Shown here: positions 7,925-18,400 of the stretch, piece by piece
Numbering within the stretch: position 1 is the first letter of the stretch
Layout: each line of letters begins with the position of its first letter
NCBI RefSeq assembly: GCF_964245445.1
Contig: NZ_CAXTNE010000006.1
Location: 3,909 to 67,908, forward strand
Length of the DNA: 64,000 bases
From: an uncultured Nostoc sp.
Lineage (GTDB): Bacteria; Cyanobacteriota; Cyanobacteriia; Cyanobacteriales; Nostocaceae
Direction of reading: 5' to 3'
The notes under the pieces: generated by a model
The model's input: the letters and a program-made list of their open reading frames with translations, nothing else
The model's database searches: none
Told to the model about the DNA's origin: nothing
Translations under genes and position numbers: made by a program

Positions 7925-10696
7925 ATGAGTACCAAATCACACTCAAATGACTTATTATCTCAAAAAATTTATTGGATAAATAAGTTATCAGGAGAACTAC
8001 CAGAAACAAATCTAATTCTGGACTATGTAAGACCTTCATTTTCTAGTGATAGAAACAAATCTCTTAGCTTTGACTTATCAAATGACTTATCTAAAGCAAT
8101 CATTAAGCTAGCTAAAGGTTCTTATTTTTCAACGTACTTGATATTAGTGTCTGCATTGAATATATTGCTACAAAAATATACTCGAAATAATGATGTTATT
8201 ATTGGAATACCTATATATGAAGAAAATTGTATAGGTTGTGTAAATAGCAAAGTCATTCCCTTGCGTACTCAGGTAACACGTCAACTTTCATTCAAAGATT
8301 TTACTTTTGAAGTAAAAGATGCAATTATCGGTGCTTTCAACAATCAGAACTATAATTTTAATGAGTTAATTAAGTTGTTAGAACTATCAACAAGCCCTAA
8401 TCGTTGTCCAATTTTTGACATAGTAGTTTTATTAGAAAATATTCATAGAAAAAAAGATTTAAATCAACTTAATAATGACATAACATTTTATTTTTCAGTT
8501 AATGGTGAAGATATTATTATTAATGTTGAGTATAAAGAACATCTTTTTCAACGTGAAAATATAAAATTGATGATTAGGTATTATGCTAATGGTCTTGAAA
8601 GTATTATCAAAAATGTGAATGATAAAATATCAGATATTCTTTTTTTGAAAGAATCTGATACACACCAGTTATTGAAACAATATAACAACAATACTAAAAT
8701 ATACCCAGTTGATCAGACAATAAATCAATTATTTGAATATCAGGTATCTCAAACTCCAAATAAGATAGCTGTGATTCACAAATCAGCTAAATTAACATAT
8801 CAAGAAATAAATAAGAAAGCTAATCAAATAGCTAGACTACTACGGAAAATAGGAGTTTCTAAAGGAGAGTTTGTAGGCATTTTTAAAGACCGCGATATCA
8901 ATTTTCTGGTTGCTATCCTTGCTGTCTACAAGGCGGGTGGGGCATATATACCGATTGATAGTACTTATCCACCAAATCGAATTAAATATATGCTATCTAA
9001 TAGCGAAGTTAAATTTATATTAACAGATTGTTCGCTATTAAACTCCTTATCAGACTTGCTAGAACATGATTCGCAATTATCATCTATTATTTGTTTAGAT
9101 GATGTCTTGACTAAGACTACACTATTGGCTAATAAAGCAGAGCTTAAAATATATAGCAAGTGTGATTTTGACCAGCTACCTCATGACAATATAGAACATC
9201 TGAATGATGCTGTCACCCCAGCTTATATACTTTATACTTCCGGCTCTACAGGATTATCTAAAGGGGCAATTGTTAGACATGATGGTGCAATAAATCATAT
9301 TTATGCTCAATTTGATGAGTTGGAGTTAAGGTCGGAATTTTGTTTTCTCCAAAGCGCTCCTTCCTCAACAGATATTTCTGTATGGCAATTTTTGGCGCCA
9401 CTTTTAATTGGCGGAAAGACTATAATTATAGATATCGAAACTGTTGCGATTCCCGAACAATTATTTGAAGTACTTAAATCAGAAAAAATTACGGTTGTTG
9501 AATTAGTACCAACATTATTTGGTGGGTTACTTGAATATACTTCCCAATTACCAAATTATGAGCGGGTATTACCAGATTTAAAATGGATGATATTATCGGG
9601 TGAATCTGTATCGGTTAAATGGGTAAATAAGTGGCTTGAGATATACCCCCATATCAGAATTGCTAATGCTTACGGTCCTACCGAAGCTGCTGATGATATT
9701 ACCCAGTTTATCGTTAACAAACCTTTGCCAGAAAATCAGCGAACAGTTCCAATTGGTAAACCATTAGCAAACTTAAATCTCTACATTCTGGATGAAGAAA
9801 TGCAGCTATTACCTATTGGTGTTCCTGGAGAAATTTGTGTATCGGGAATTGGTGTAGGTGATGGGTACTGGAAAAACGAAGAAAAAACTAATTTAAGCTT
9901 TGTTGCTAACCCGTTTACAAATACCATAAACAGCTTACCTGGTAATCGCAGAGATTTAATTTATAAGACTGGAGATTTAGGAAGATGGCTGACTGATGGG
10001 AATATCGAATTCCTTGGACGTATTGACCATCAAGTGAAGATTCGTGGTTTCCGGGTTGAACTTGGAGAAATTGAGACATTTCTAGGTCAGCACCCGAATG
10101 TACGTGAAAATGTAGTTGTGGTTCAACACGAGCAAGCAGATAACGTGCAATTAGTTGCCTATGTGGTTGCGAAGACAGAAGTAGTTCCTAGTATTAACGA
10201 ACTCCGTAGCTTCTTGAAGGAAAAATTACCTGACCACATGATTCCTTCTGCCTTTGTAGTACTGGAAAAACTACCGCTAGCACCAAGCGGTAAAGTAGAC
10301 CGTAAAGCTCTGCCTAAACCAAATAATCTTCGTTTAGAATTAGAAACAGTTTACGTGTCTCCGCGAAATGAGATAGAGCGGACGGTTGCCGATATTTGGC
10401 AAAAAGTACTTAAGGTGGAGAAAGTTGGCATTAAAGATAACTTTTTTGACCTCGGTGGTCATTCGCTAAATGTACTTCAGGTTTATAGCAAAGTGCGAGA
10501 ACTTTTGAAAGCGGATTTAGCTATAACTGACCTTTTTAAATATCCGACTATAAATTCTTTATCACAGTATTTAAGTCAAAAAAATCATAGTGATGAAGTA
10601 TTTGCTTCTGAAAGTCATCAAATCAATGAAAATCTAGAAGCTGGTAAAGCTAGATTAAAACAAAGCCTCTTACGAAAAAAACAACAACTTATTTAA
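7925..10696 (+). CDS. NRPS: N-terminal half-C domain, A(Dab-like), T
   Basis: The N-terminal ~250 aa resemble only the C-terminal lobe of a C domain (YWINKLSGELP, no HHxxxDG). A code by eye DIWEISADDK is close to the Dab code DIWELTADDK. T motif GGHS. Confidence 0.9.
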   Translation: MSTKSHSNDLLSQKIYWINKLSGELPETNLILDYVRPSFSSDRNKSLSFDLSNDLSKAIIKLAKGSYFSTYLILVSALNILLQKYTRNNDVIIGIPIYEENCIGCVNSKVIPLRTQVTRQLSFKDFTFEVKDAIIGAFNNQNYNFNELIKLLELSTSPNRCPIFDIVVLLENIHRKKDLNQLNNDITFYFSVNGEDIIINVEYKEHLFQRENIKLMIRYYANGLESIIKNVNDKISDILFLKESDTHQLLKQYNNNTKIYPVDQTINQLFEYQVSQTPNKIAVIHKSAKLTYQEINKKANQIARLLRKIGVSKGEFVGIFKDRDINFLVAILAVYKAGGAYIPIDSTYPPNRIKYMLSNSEVKFILTDCSLLNSLSDLLEHDSQLSSIICLDDVLTKTTLLANKAELKIYSKCDFDQLPHDNIEHLNDAVTPAYILYTSGSTGLSKGAIVRHDGAINHIYAQFDELELRSEFCFLQSAPSSTDISVWQFLAPLLIGGKTIIIDIETVAIPEQLFEVLKSEKITVVELVPTLFGGLLEYTSQLPNYERVLPDLKWMILSGESVSVKWVNKWLEIYPHIRIANAYGPTEAADDITQFIVNKPLPENQRTVPIGKPLANLNLYILDEEMQLLPIGVPGEICVSGIGVGDGYWKNEEKTNLSFVANPFTNTINSLPGNRRDLIYKTGDLGRWLTDGNIEFLGRIDHQVKIRGFRVELGEIETFLGQHPNVRENVVVVQHEQADNVQLVAYVVAKTEVVPSINELRSFLKEKLPDHMIPSAFVVLEKLPLAPSGKVDRKALPKPNNLRLELETVYVSPRNEIERTVADIWQKVLKVEKVGIKDNFFDLGGHSLNVLQVYSKVRELLKADLAITDLFKYPTINSLSQYLSQKNHSDEVFASESHQINENLEAGKARLKQSLLRKKQQLI

Positions 10697-10731
10697 AAAC
10701 GAATAGAATATTAATTAAAAGGATAAAAATA

Positions 10732-13700
10732 ATGCCTAACTCAGTAGATTATTTAAGTGACAAAACAGGCTTAGAAATAGCTATTATTGGGATGAGTGGC
10801 TGTTTTCCCAAATCTCAAAATATTGAGCGATTTTGGCAAAATATCCGAGACGGAGTAGAATTGATTCATTATTTCACCGCTTCAGAGCTAAAAGATTTAG
10901 GTGTAGATTCTGCCGACCTGACAAACCCTTATTATGTCAGGGCAGAGGGTGTAGTTGAAGGTATAGATTTGTTTGATGCTTCATTCTTCGGTATAAATCC
11001 CAGAGAAGCTGAAATTATGGATCCCGGACTCCGTTTGTTTTTAGAACATGCATGGACAGCACTTGAAAATGCTGGTTATAGTTCCGAAGCTTACAATCAG
11101 CCGATTGGAGTTTATGTTGGTACTAGTTTTGGCGGTTATTTACGTAATATTTATTCAAATTATGAAATTGTAGAATCTCTTGGTGAACAACAAATAGAGA
11201 AAGGAACCTCTGGAGCTTCCGTTACATTTGCTTCTTATAAATTAAACTTGCAGGGACCAAGTTATGCCGTTCAAACTACCTGCTCAAGTTCATTGGTTGC
11301 TTTACATTTAGCCTGTCAAGGTTTACTTAGTGGCGAGTGTGATGTTGCTTTGGCGGCTGGAGTCTCAATTTCAGAAGCAGTCGGTTATGTATATCAGCAA
11401 GATGGAACTTCATCTCCTGATGGACATTGCCGTGCTTTTGATGTCAAGGCCAAGGGATGTCCGAGAGGAAGGGGTTTAGGTGTTGTAGTTTTAAAGCGTT
11501 TAGACGAAGCGATCGCAGATGGAGACTGCATCCATGCAGTCATCAAAGGTTCCGCCATTAATAATGATGGAGCAAACAAAGTTAGCTACACTGCACCCAG
11601 CGTTGACGGTCAGGCAAAGGTGATTAGAGCGGCTCAGATTATGGCTGAGGTGGAACCCGAAACAATTACCTATATAGAGGCTCATGGGACTGCAACCGCT
11701 CTAGGCGACCCCGTTGAAATTGCTGCTTTAACACAAGCTTTCCGCAGCAAAACTCAGAAAAAGGGCTTTTGTGCGATCGGTTCTTTGAAAACCAACATTG
11801 GACATTTGGACGAAGCTGCTGGCGTTGCAAGTCTAATCAAAACCGTTTTAGCGCTCAAGCATAAACAGATACCACCTAGCTTAAACTTTGAAGAACCTAA
11901 CCCCCAGATAGATTTTGCTAACAGTCCTTTTTACGTTAACAACACATTGTCTGAGTGGAAAAGCAATGACGCTCCTCGTCGTGCTGGAGTTAGTGCTTTT
12001 GGTTTTGGTGGGACAAATGCCCATGTAATTTTAGAAGAAGCGACCATAATTAAACCCTCTAGCCCTTCTCGGTCTTGGCAGTTATTATTACTTTCAACCA
12101 AAACAAATACAGCACTGGAAACTGCTACAGAAAATCTGGCTAATTATCTCCAAAAGCATCCAGATTTCAATCTTGCTGATGTTGCTCATACTTTGCAAGT
12201 GGGTCGCTGGACTTTGAACCATCGCCGAATGGTAGTTTGCCAAGACCAAGGAGATGCAATCAAAGCACTGCAAGACCCTCAAATGGCTTTCACCCATTAC
12301 CAAGAACCTTGTAATCGCTCGATTGTGTTTATGTTTTCTGGACAAGGTTCGCAGTATGTAAACATGGGTCGGGAATTATACGATAGTGAAACCGTATTTA
12401 GAGAGCAAGTTGATTACTGCTGCGAGCTGCTCATACCTCACTTAGAAATAGACCTACGTACAATTTTCTACCCCTGTGAAGAAAAAACTCAAGAAGCAGC
12501 ACAAAAGTTACAGCAAACAGCAATTATTCAACCAGCTTTGTTTGTGCTTGAATATGCTCTAGCCAAGTTATTGATGGCCTGGGGCGTGCGTCCTGAGAGT
12601 ATGATTGGTCACGGTGTAGGAGAGTATGTAGCTGCCACTGTGGCAGGGGTTTTCTCTTTGGAAGATGCCTTGGCAATAGTAGCCACTCGCGGAAAACTAA
12701 TGCAGCAATTGCCTGGTGGTGCTATGCTCTCAGTTCAGCTTCCAGAACAAGAGGTAGAACAACTGCTAGAAAAGGAAATCTCTCTGGCTGCAAGCAATGC
12801 ACCTTCTTCCTGCGTGGTGTCTGGTTCGACAGAAGCGATAGACCAATTGCAACAGATGCTACAAAAAATAGGTGTAAGTTGTAGACATTTGCATACTTCC
12901 CACGCCTTTCATTCTCAAATGATGGAACCCATCATTGAGACTTTCACCTGGTCGTTACAAAAACTAAAACTTAATCCCCCAAAAATTCCTTTTGTGTCCA
13001 ATGTTAGCGGAACTTGGATTACCGTAGCAGAAGCGACAGACCCTAACTATTGGGCGAGGCATTTAAGGCAGCCAGTGCGTTTTAGCCAAGGGGTAACAGA
13101 GTTACTCAAACAGCCAGAGCAAATACTGTTGGAGATTGGCCCGGGACGGACACTGAGTAGTTTGGCTAAACAACATCAAACAGATGAACTGATAGCGCTA
13201 ACCTCTATACGACATCCTCAAGAGCAACAATCAGATGTAGCATTTTTACTCAACACCTTGGGTAGACTTTGGGTAGTAGGAGTTCACATTAATTGGTCTG
13301 GTTTTTACGTAGATGAAAAGCGTCATCGTGTACCCTTACCTACTTATCCTTTTGAGCGCAAGCGTTACTGGCTGGAGGTAAATCGAAATGCACTTCTGGC
13401 AATGAAGTCGCCAAAAACCTTAGATAAGAAGCCAGATATTGCTGACTGGTTCTATATTCCTCGTTGGAGAGAATCTACACCGCTTGAGCTTTTCCAAAAA
13501 CAAAAGCTGGTAGAACAAAAGTTATGTTGGCTAGTTTTTGTCGATACCTATGGAGTTGGATCAGAAATTGCAGAAAGACTCAAACAACAAGGTAAGGATG
13601 TGATTACCGTCAAAGTCGCAAATAATTTTGCGAAACTTAGTGACTGTACATATACAATTAATCCCCAACAGAGAGATGATTATGATATCTTGCTTCAAAC

Positions 13701-15483
13701 ACTAAGAGAGCAGAATTGGACTGCCCAGGGGATTGCCCATTTTTGGGGCGTTACTCCCAACGATACTCTACACTCTCAAGAGCTAGAAAAACAAACACAA
13801 CATCAATTTTTTGAAGATTGTCAGTATCTCGGTTTCTGGAGTCTACTTTTTTTAGCACAGGCCTTAGGAAAACAAGATATTAGCAATTCTCTGAAGATGA
13901 TGGTAGTCACCAGTAATTTATATGATGTAACTGGCGAGGAGAAATTATGCCCTTCTAAAGCAACCGTATTAGGGCCATGTAAGGTAATTCCCAAGGAATA
14001 TTCAAACATATATTGCCGTAATATTGATATAGTAGTCAATTCTTTAAAAACCCCACCAGGACAAAATGTTTTAGACAATTTGCTCGCAGAATTTACAGCA
14101 GATCAAACAGATGACATAGTTGCCTACCGTGGTTATCATCGCTGGATTCAATCCTTCGAGCCTGTGCATTTAGAACAGAGCATAGCTGATAAAACTAAGT
14201 TAAAGGAGGGAGGGGTTTACTTAATTACTGGTGGACTAGGCGGTATTGGTTTAGTATTAGCAGAACATCTAGCAAAGAAAGTGCAGGCTAAATTAGTTCT
14301 AGTTGGACGAAAGAGTATTCCCGAAAAAAATAATTGGCAAGAATGGTTGGCAACTCATGATCAACAAGATAGGGTTAGCCGGATAATTTGTAAACTGCAA
14401 GTATTAGAGGCTCTTGGTGCAGAAGTTTTGGTAATCAGCGCAGATGTGACTAATTCCGAACAAATGCAGGCTGTGATTGCTCAGTCAACAGCAAAATTTG
14501 GTGTGATTAATGGTGTTGTCCACGCAGCTGGTATTGCTGGTGGCGGTGTCATCCAACTTAAAACCCCGGATATAGCAAGCAAGGTACTCGCACCAAAAGT
14601 CAGAGGAACGATATTACTAGAGCAAGTTTTTCAGAATATTAATCTAGATTTCTTGGTACTTTGTTCATCCCAAAGTTCTATATTGGGTGAATTTGGACAG
14701 GTAGATTATTGCGCGGCTAATGCATTTCTTGATGTATATGCATATAATCAAGTTTCTAAATCTGGACGATTAACAATATCAATCGACTGGGATACTTGGC
14801 AAGAAGTAGGTATGGCAACGGAGATTATTTTACCAGATAATCTCAAATATATAGCTGAAGATGTAGTTGCAGAAGAGTTAAAAGAAGCTATAATGCCCCA
14901 AGAAGGCGCTGATGCTTTTGATCGCATTTTGGGAAGTGCCTTACCTCACGTTGTTGTGTCAACAAAAAATTTCTCAGATGTAATTAAGGAGAATCATTAT
15001 CTCAATTTTCTGGCAGAAGGATTAAAACTTCTGGAAGATAACTCAGCTTCAGCTAGTATTTTCCAAGTAAACCATCCTCGCCCAAATCTAGGTAATGATT
15101 ATGTTGCACCTAATAATGAAATTGAAGGAACTATTGCTCGAATCTGGCAACAGATCCTGGGAATTAATCAAATAGGTATTCATGATAGCTTTTTTGATTT
15201 GGGAGGACATTCCCTATTAGCTACTCAACTTCTCTCTCGATTGCGTCAAGAGTTTCAAGTAAACCTGTCTCTGCATAGCTTTTTTGAAGCACCCACTATT
15301 ATCGATCAAGCATTGATGGTTGAACAGACCCGAAGTTCGGGAGAAAGGTATAGTATCAACATGATTGAAAGAATCGAGCGGAGTAATGAGCAACAGGTGT
15401 TGGCAAAGCTCGATCAAATTTCAGACCAAGAAGTAGAGTTACTGCTTAATAAGGTGTTAGCAGAAAAGGGAACCGAGCAATGA
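10732..15483 (+). CDS. Type I PKS KS-AT(inactive)-KR-ACP
   Basis: KS triad TTCSSS, EAHGT, GHL. AT active site is GHGVG (Ser to Gly at 12613-12615) with HAFH. KR has GGLGGIG and QVDYCAAN. ACP GGHS. Confidence 0.95.
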   Translation: MPNSVDYLSDKTGLEIAIIGMSGCFPKSQNIERFWQNIRDGVELIHYFTASELKDLGVDSADLTNPYYVRAEGVVEGIDLFDASFFGINPREAEIMDPGLRLFLEHAWTALENAGYSSEAYNQPIGVYVGTSFGGYLRNIYSNYEIVESLGEQQIEKGTSGASVTFASYKLNLQGPSYAVQTTCSSSLVALHLACQGLLSGECDVALAAGVSISEAVGYVYQQDGTSSPDGHCRAFDVKAKGCPRGRGLGVVVLKRLDEAIADGDCIHAVIKGSAINNDGANKVSYTAPSVDGQAKVIRAAQIMAEVEPETITYIEAHGTATALGDPVEIAALTQAFRSKTQKKGFCAIGSLKTNIGHLDEAAGVASLIKTVLALKHKQIPPSLNFEEPNPQIDFANSPFYVNNTLSEWKSNDAPRRAGVSAFGFGGTNAHVILEEATIIKPSSPSRSWQLLLLSTKTNTALETATENLANYLQKHPDFNLADVAHTLQVGRWTLNHRRMVVCQDQGDAIKALQDPQMAFTHYQEPCNRSIVFMFSGQGSQYVNMGRELYDSETVFREQVDYCCELLIPHLEIDLRTIFYPCEEKTQEAAQKLQQTAIIQPALFVLEYALAKLLMAWGVRPESMIGHGVGEYVAATVAGVFSLEDALAIVATRGKLMQQLPGGAMLSVQLPEQEVEQLLEKEISLAASNAPSSCVVSGSTEAIDQLQQMLQKIGVSCRHLHTSHAFHSQMMEPIIETFTWSLQKLKLNPPKIPFVSNVSGTWITVAEATDPNYWARHLRQPVRFSQGVTELLKQPEQILLEIGPGRTLSSLAKQHQTDELIALTSIRHPQEQQSDVAFLLNTLGRLWVVGVHINWSGFYVDEKRHRVPLPTYPFERKRYWLEVNRNALLAMKSPKTLDKKPDIADWFYIPRWRESTPLELFQKQKLVEQKLCWLVFVDTYGVGSEIAERLKQQGKDVITVKVANNFAKLSDCTYTINPQQRDDYDILLQTLREQNWTAQGIAHFWGVTPNDTLHSQELEKQTQHQFFEDCQYLGFWSLLFLAQALGKQDISNSLKMMVVTSNLYDVTGEEKLCPSKATVLGPCKVIPKEYSNIYCRNIDIVVNSLKTPPGQNVLDNLLAEFTADQTDDIVAYRGYHRWIQSFEPVHLEQSIADKTKLKEGGVYLITGGLGGIGLVLAEHLAKKVQAKLVLVGRKSIPEKNNWQEWLATHDQQDRVSRIICKLQVLEALGAEVLVISADVTNSEQMQAVIAQSTAKFGVINGVVHAAGIAGGGVIQLKTPDIASKVLAPKVRGTILLEQVFQNINLDFLVLCSSQSSILGEFGQVDYCAANAFLDVYAYNQVSKSGRLTISIDWDTWQEVGMATEIILPDNLKYIAEDVVAEELKEAIMPQEGADAFDRILGSALPHVVVSTKNFSDVIKENHYLNFLAEGLKLLEDNSASASIFQVNHPRPNLGNDYVAPNNEIEGTIARIWQQILGINQIGIHDSFFDLGGHSLLATQLLSRLRQEFQVNLSLHSFFEAPTIIDQALMVEQTRSSGERYSINMIERIERSNEQQVLAKLDQISDQEVELLLNKVLAEKGTEQ

Positions 15484-18400
15484 CCAAGAATCGCGAAAAA
15501 ATTAATGATATTTCACCAGAAAGAAAACGTGAATTGTTGGCAAAACTACTTCAAGAAAAGGTTAGCCAGCTTCAGATTTTTCCAATGTCTTTTGGTCAAC
15601 AACGACTTTGGTTTATAGACCAATTGCAACCTGGTAACTTTGCTAATCACATATCGGCAGCTTTGCGTCTTACAGGTTTCCTGAATCAAGCTGTATTATT
15701 GCAAACCCTGGATGAAATAGTGCAACGCCACGAAGTTTTGCGAACTACTTTCGCAACGGTGGAAGAAAAACCTGTTCAGGTAATTATTCCTACTTTAAGC
15801 TTGAATTTACCTACCATCAATCTGGAGGAATTATCTGAGGTTGAGCAAGAAGCTGAAGTTAAAAAGTTAGTTATACAAGAAATTCAGCAACCCTTTAATT
15901 TGAGCCAAGCTCCATTACTGCGAGCTACTTTGCTGCGTCTCAAAGAAACAGAACACATTTTAGTGTTCACAATGCACCATATTATCTCTGACGGATGGTC
16001 AATGGGAGTACTGACTCAAGAAGTCGCAGTACTTTACGAAGCCTTCTCGAAAGGGCAGCCTTCTTTGCTTTCAGAACTGCCAATACAGTATGTAGACTTT
16101 GCAGCTTGGCAGCGACAAAGGCTACAAGGAGAACTACTACAATCACAAATAGCTTATTGGAAAAACCAGTTAGAGGGCGCACCAAAATTATTAGAGTTAC
16201 CTACTGACTACCCACGACCTGCCGTTAGCAGCTTTCAGGGTGCCAGCTATTCATTTGAGTTATCTGATGATTTATATGTAGCCTTAAATAAATTGAGCCA
16301 GCAGTATGGAAGTACCTTATTTATGATCCTGCTGGCAGCCTTTCAAACATTACTATGGCGTTATACAGGTAGTGAAGATATTGTAGTCGGCTCGCCCATT
16401 GCTAACCGCGATCGCACAGAGTTAGAAGGATTAATTGGTTTTTTTGCCAATACAATTGCACTGCGAACTAATTTGGTAGGTAATCCTACCTTTGAGGATC
16501 TACTAACTCGCGTGCGGACAAAGCTATTAGAAGCTTACACCCATCAAGATTTACCTTTTGAGCAACTAGTAGAAGAACTGCAACCACAAAGAAACTTGAG
16601 CTACACCCCAGTATTTCAAGTGATGTTTGTACTTCAAAATACACCAATGTCAGTTTTTGAGTTGCCTGGTTTGACTATAAGTCCCTTGGCAATTGATAAT
16701 GGTAGTGCCAAGTTTGATTTGACCCTAGAGATAACAGAAACACCACAAAAAATTTTTGCTAACCTGGAGTTTAATACAGATTTATTTAAGGAAAGTACTA
16801 TTAAGCGGATGGCTGGACATTTCCAGACCTTACTTAAAGAGATTATTGCAAACCCGAAACTACGGCTTTCAGAATTATCACTGCTAACAGAAGCAGAAAA
16901 ACGTCAATTACTAGTGGAGTGGAATGACACTCAGGTTAATTATCCTCAAGATCAATGCATCCATCAGTTATTCGAGGCTCAAGTAGAACGCACACCTGAT
17001 TCTATAGCAGTGGTGTTTGAAGACCAACAGTTGACCTATGGGGAATTAAACACCAAAGCAAATCAACTAGCGCATTATTTGCAAACATTAGGAGTAAAAC
17101 CAGAAGTATTAGTCGGGATTTGTGTAGAGCGATCGCTGTTAATGGCGATCGGACTATTAGCCATCCTGAAAGCAGGTGGTGCATATATACCATTAGACCA
17201 CAGCTATCCTCAAGAACGCATTGCATTTATACTAGAAGACACTCAAGCCCCAGTCTTGCTTACTCAAGAGTCGCTTCTTGAGGCGATGCCGCAACACAAA
17301 GCTAAAGTGGTTTGTTTAGATACCGATTGGCAGACAATCGCCCAACAAACCCAGGAAAATTTATTATCTCTTGTCAATAGTCAGAACTTAGCTTATATCA
17401 TCTATACCTCAGGTTCAACAGGCAGACCAAAAGGTGTAATGATTCAACACGCAAACACAGTTGCAATGTTGGATTGGGCAAACAAAACCTTTGCGATGGA
17501 AGCTATGCAAGGAGTTTTAGCATCAACCTCAATTTGCTTCGATCTTTCGGTATTCGAGATATTTGTTCCTCTGTGTTGTGGTGGCAAAGTGATTTTAATC
17601 GAGAACGCACTCTTGTTACCAACTTCATCAGTAGCCTTAGATGTAACCTTAATTAATACTGTCCCAAGTGTAATTTCACAGTTATTAAAAACTGATAGTA
17701 TTCCAGCTTCAGTGCAGATTGTGAATGTCGCAGGTGAACCACTTCATAATAAACTTGTACAACAACTTTATCAGCAAGATAATATACAAAAAGTATTTAA
17801 CCTATATGGACCTTCAGAAGATACAACTTATTCAACCTTTGCCTGCATACACAAGGATACCAGCAGCACTCCACCTATCGGTCGCCCGATTTACAACACC
17901 CAGATTTATTTATTAGATCAAAATTTACAACCTGTTCCTGTAGGTGTAGCAGGGATGTTGTATATTGGTGGTGCAGGTTTAGCCCGTGGTTATCTAAACA
18001 AAGCGGAACTGACTGCCGAGAAATTTATTCCCAATCCTTACGCCAACTTGCCAGGGGAACGGTTATATAAAACTGGAGATCAAGCACGCTATTTGCCTAA
18101 TGGAGAGATCGAATATATTGGTCGCGTTGACTATCAAGTAAAAGTGCGTGGTTTTCGTATTGAACTGTTAGAAATTGAAGCAGTTATTATTCAACACCCA
18201 ACAGTCCAAGAAGCTGTAGTTGTGGTTAATTTTTCACAGGCGGATTCTCAACAAATAGTTGCCTATATAGTTCCACAAATAGAGCAAACGCTAACGATTT
18301 CTGAACTGCGTGGCTTTTTGGAGTCAAAGTTGCCAAGCTATATGGTGCCAGCAGCTTTTGTGATATTATCAGCACTACCATTAACACCTAATGGTAAGGT

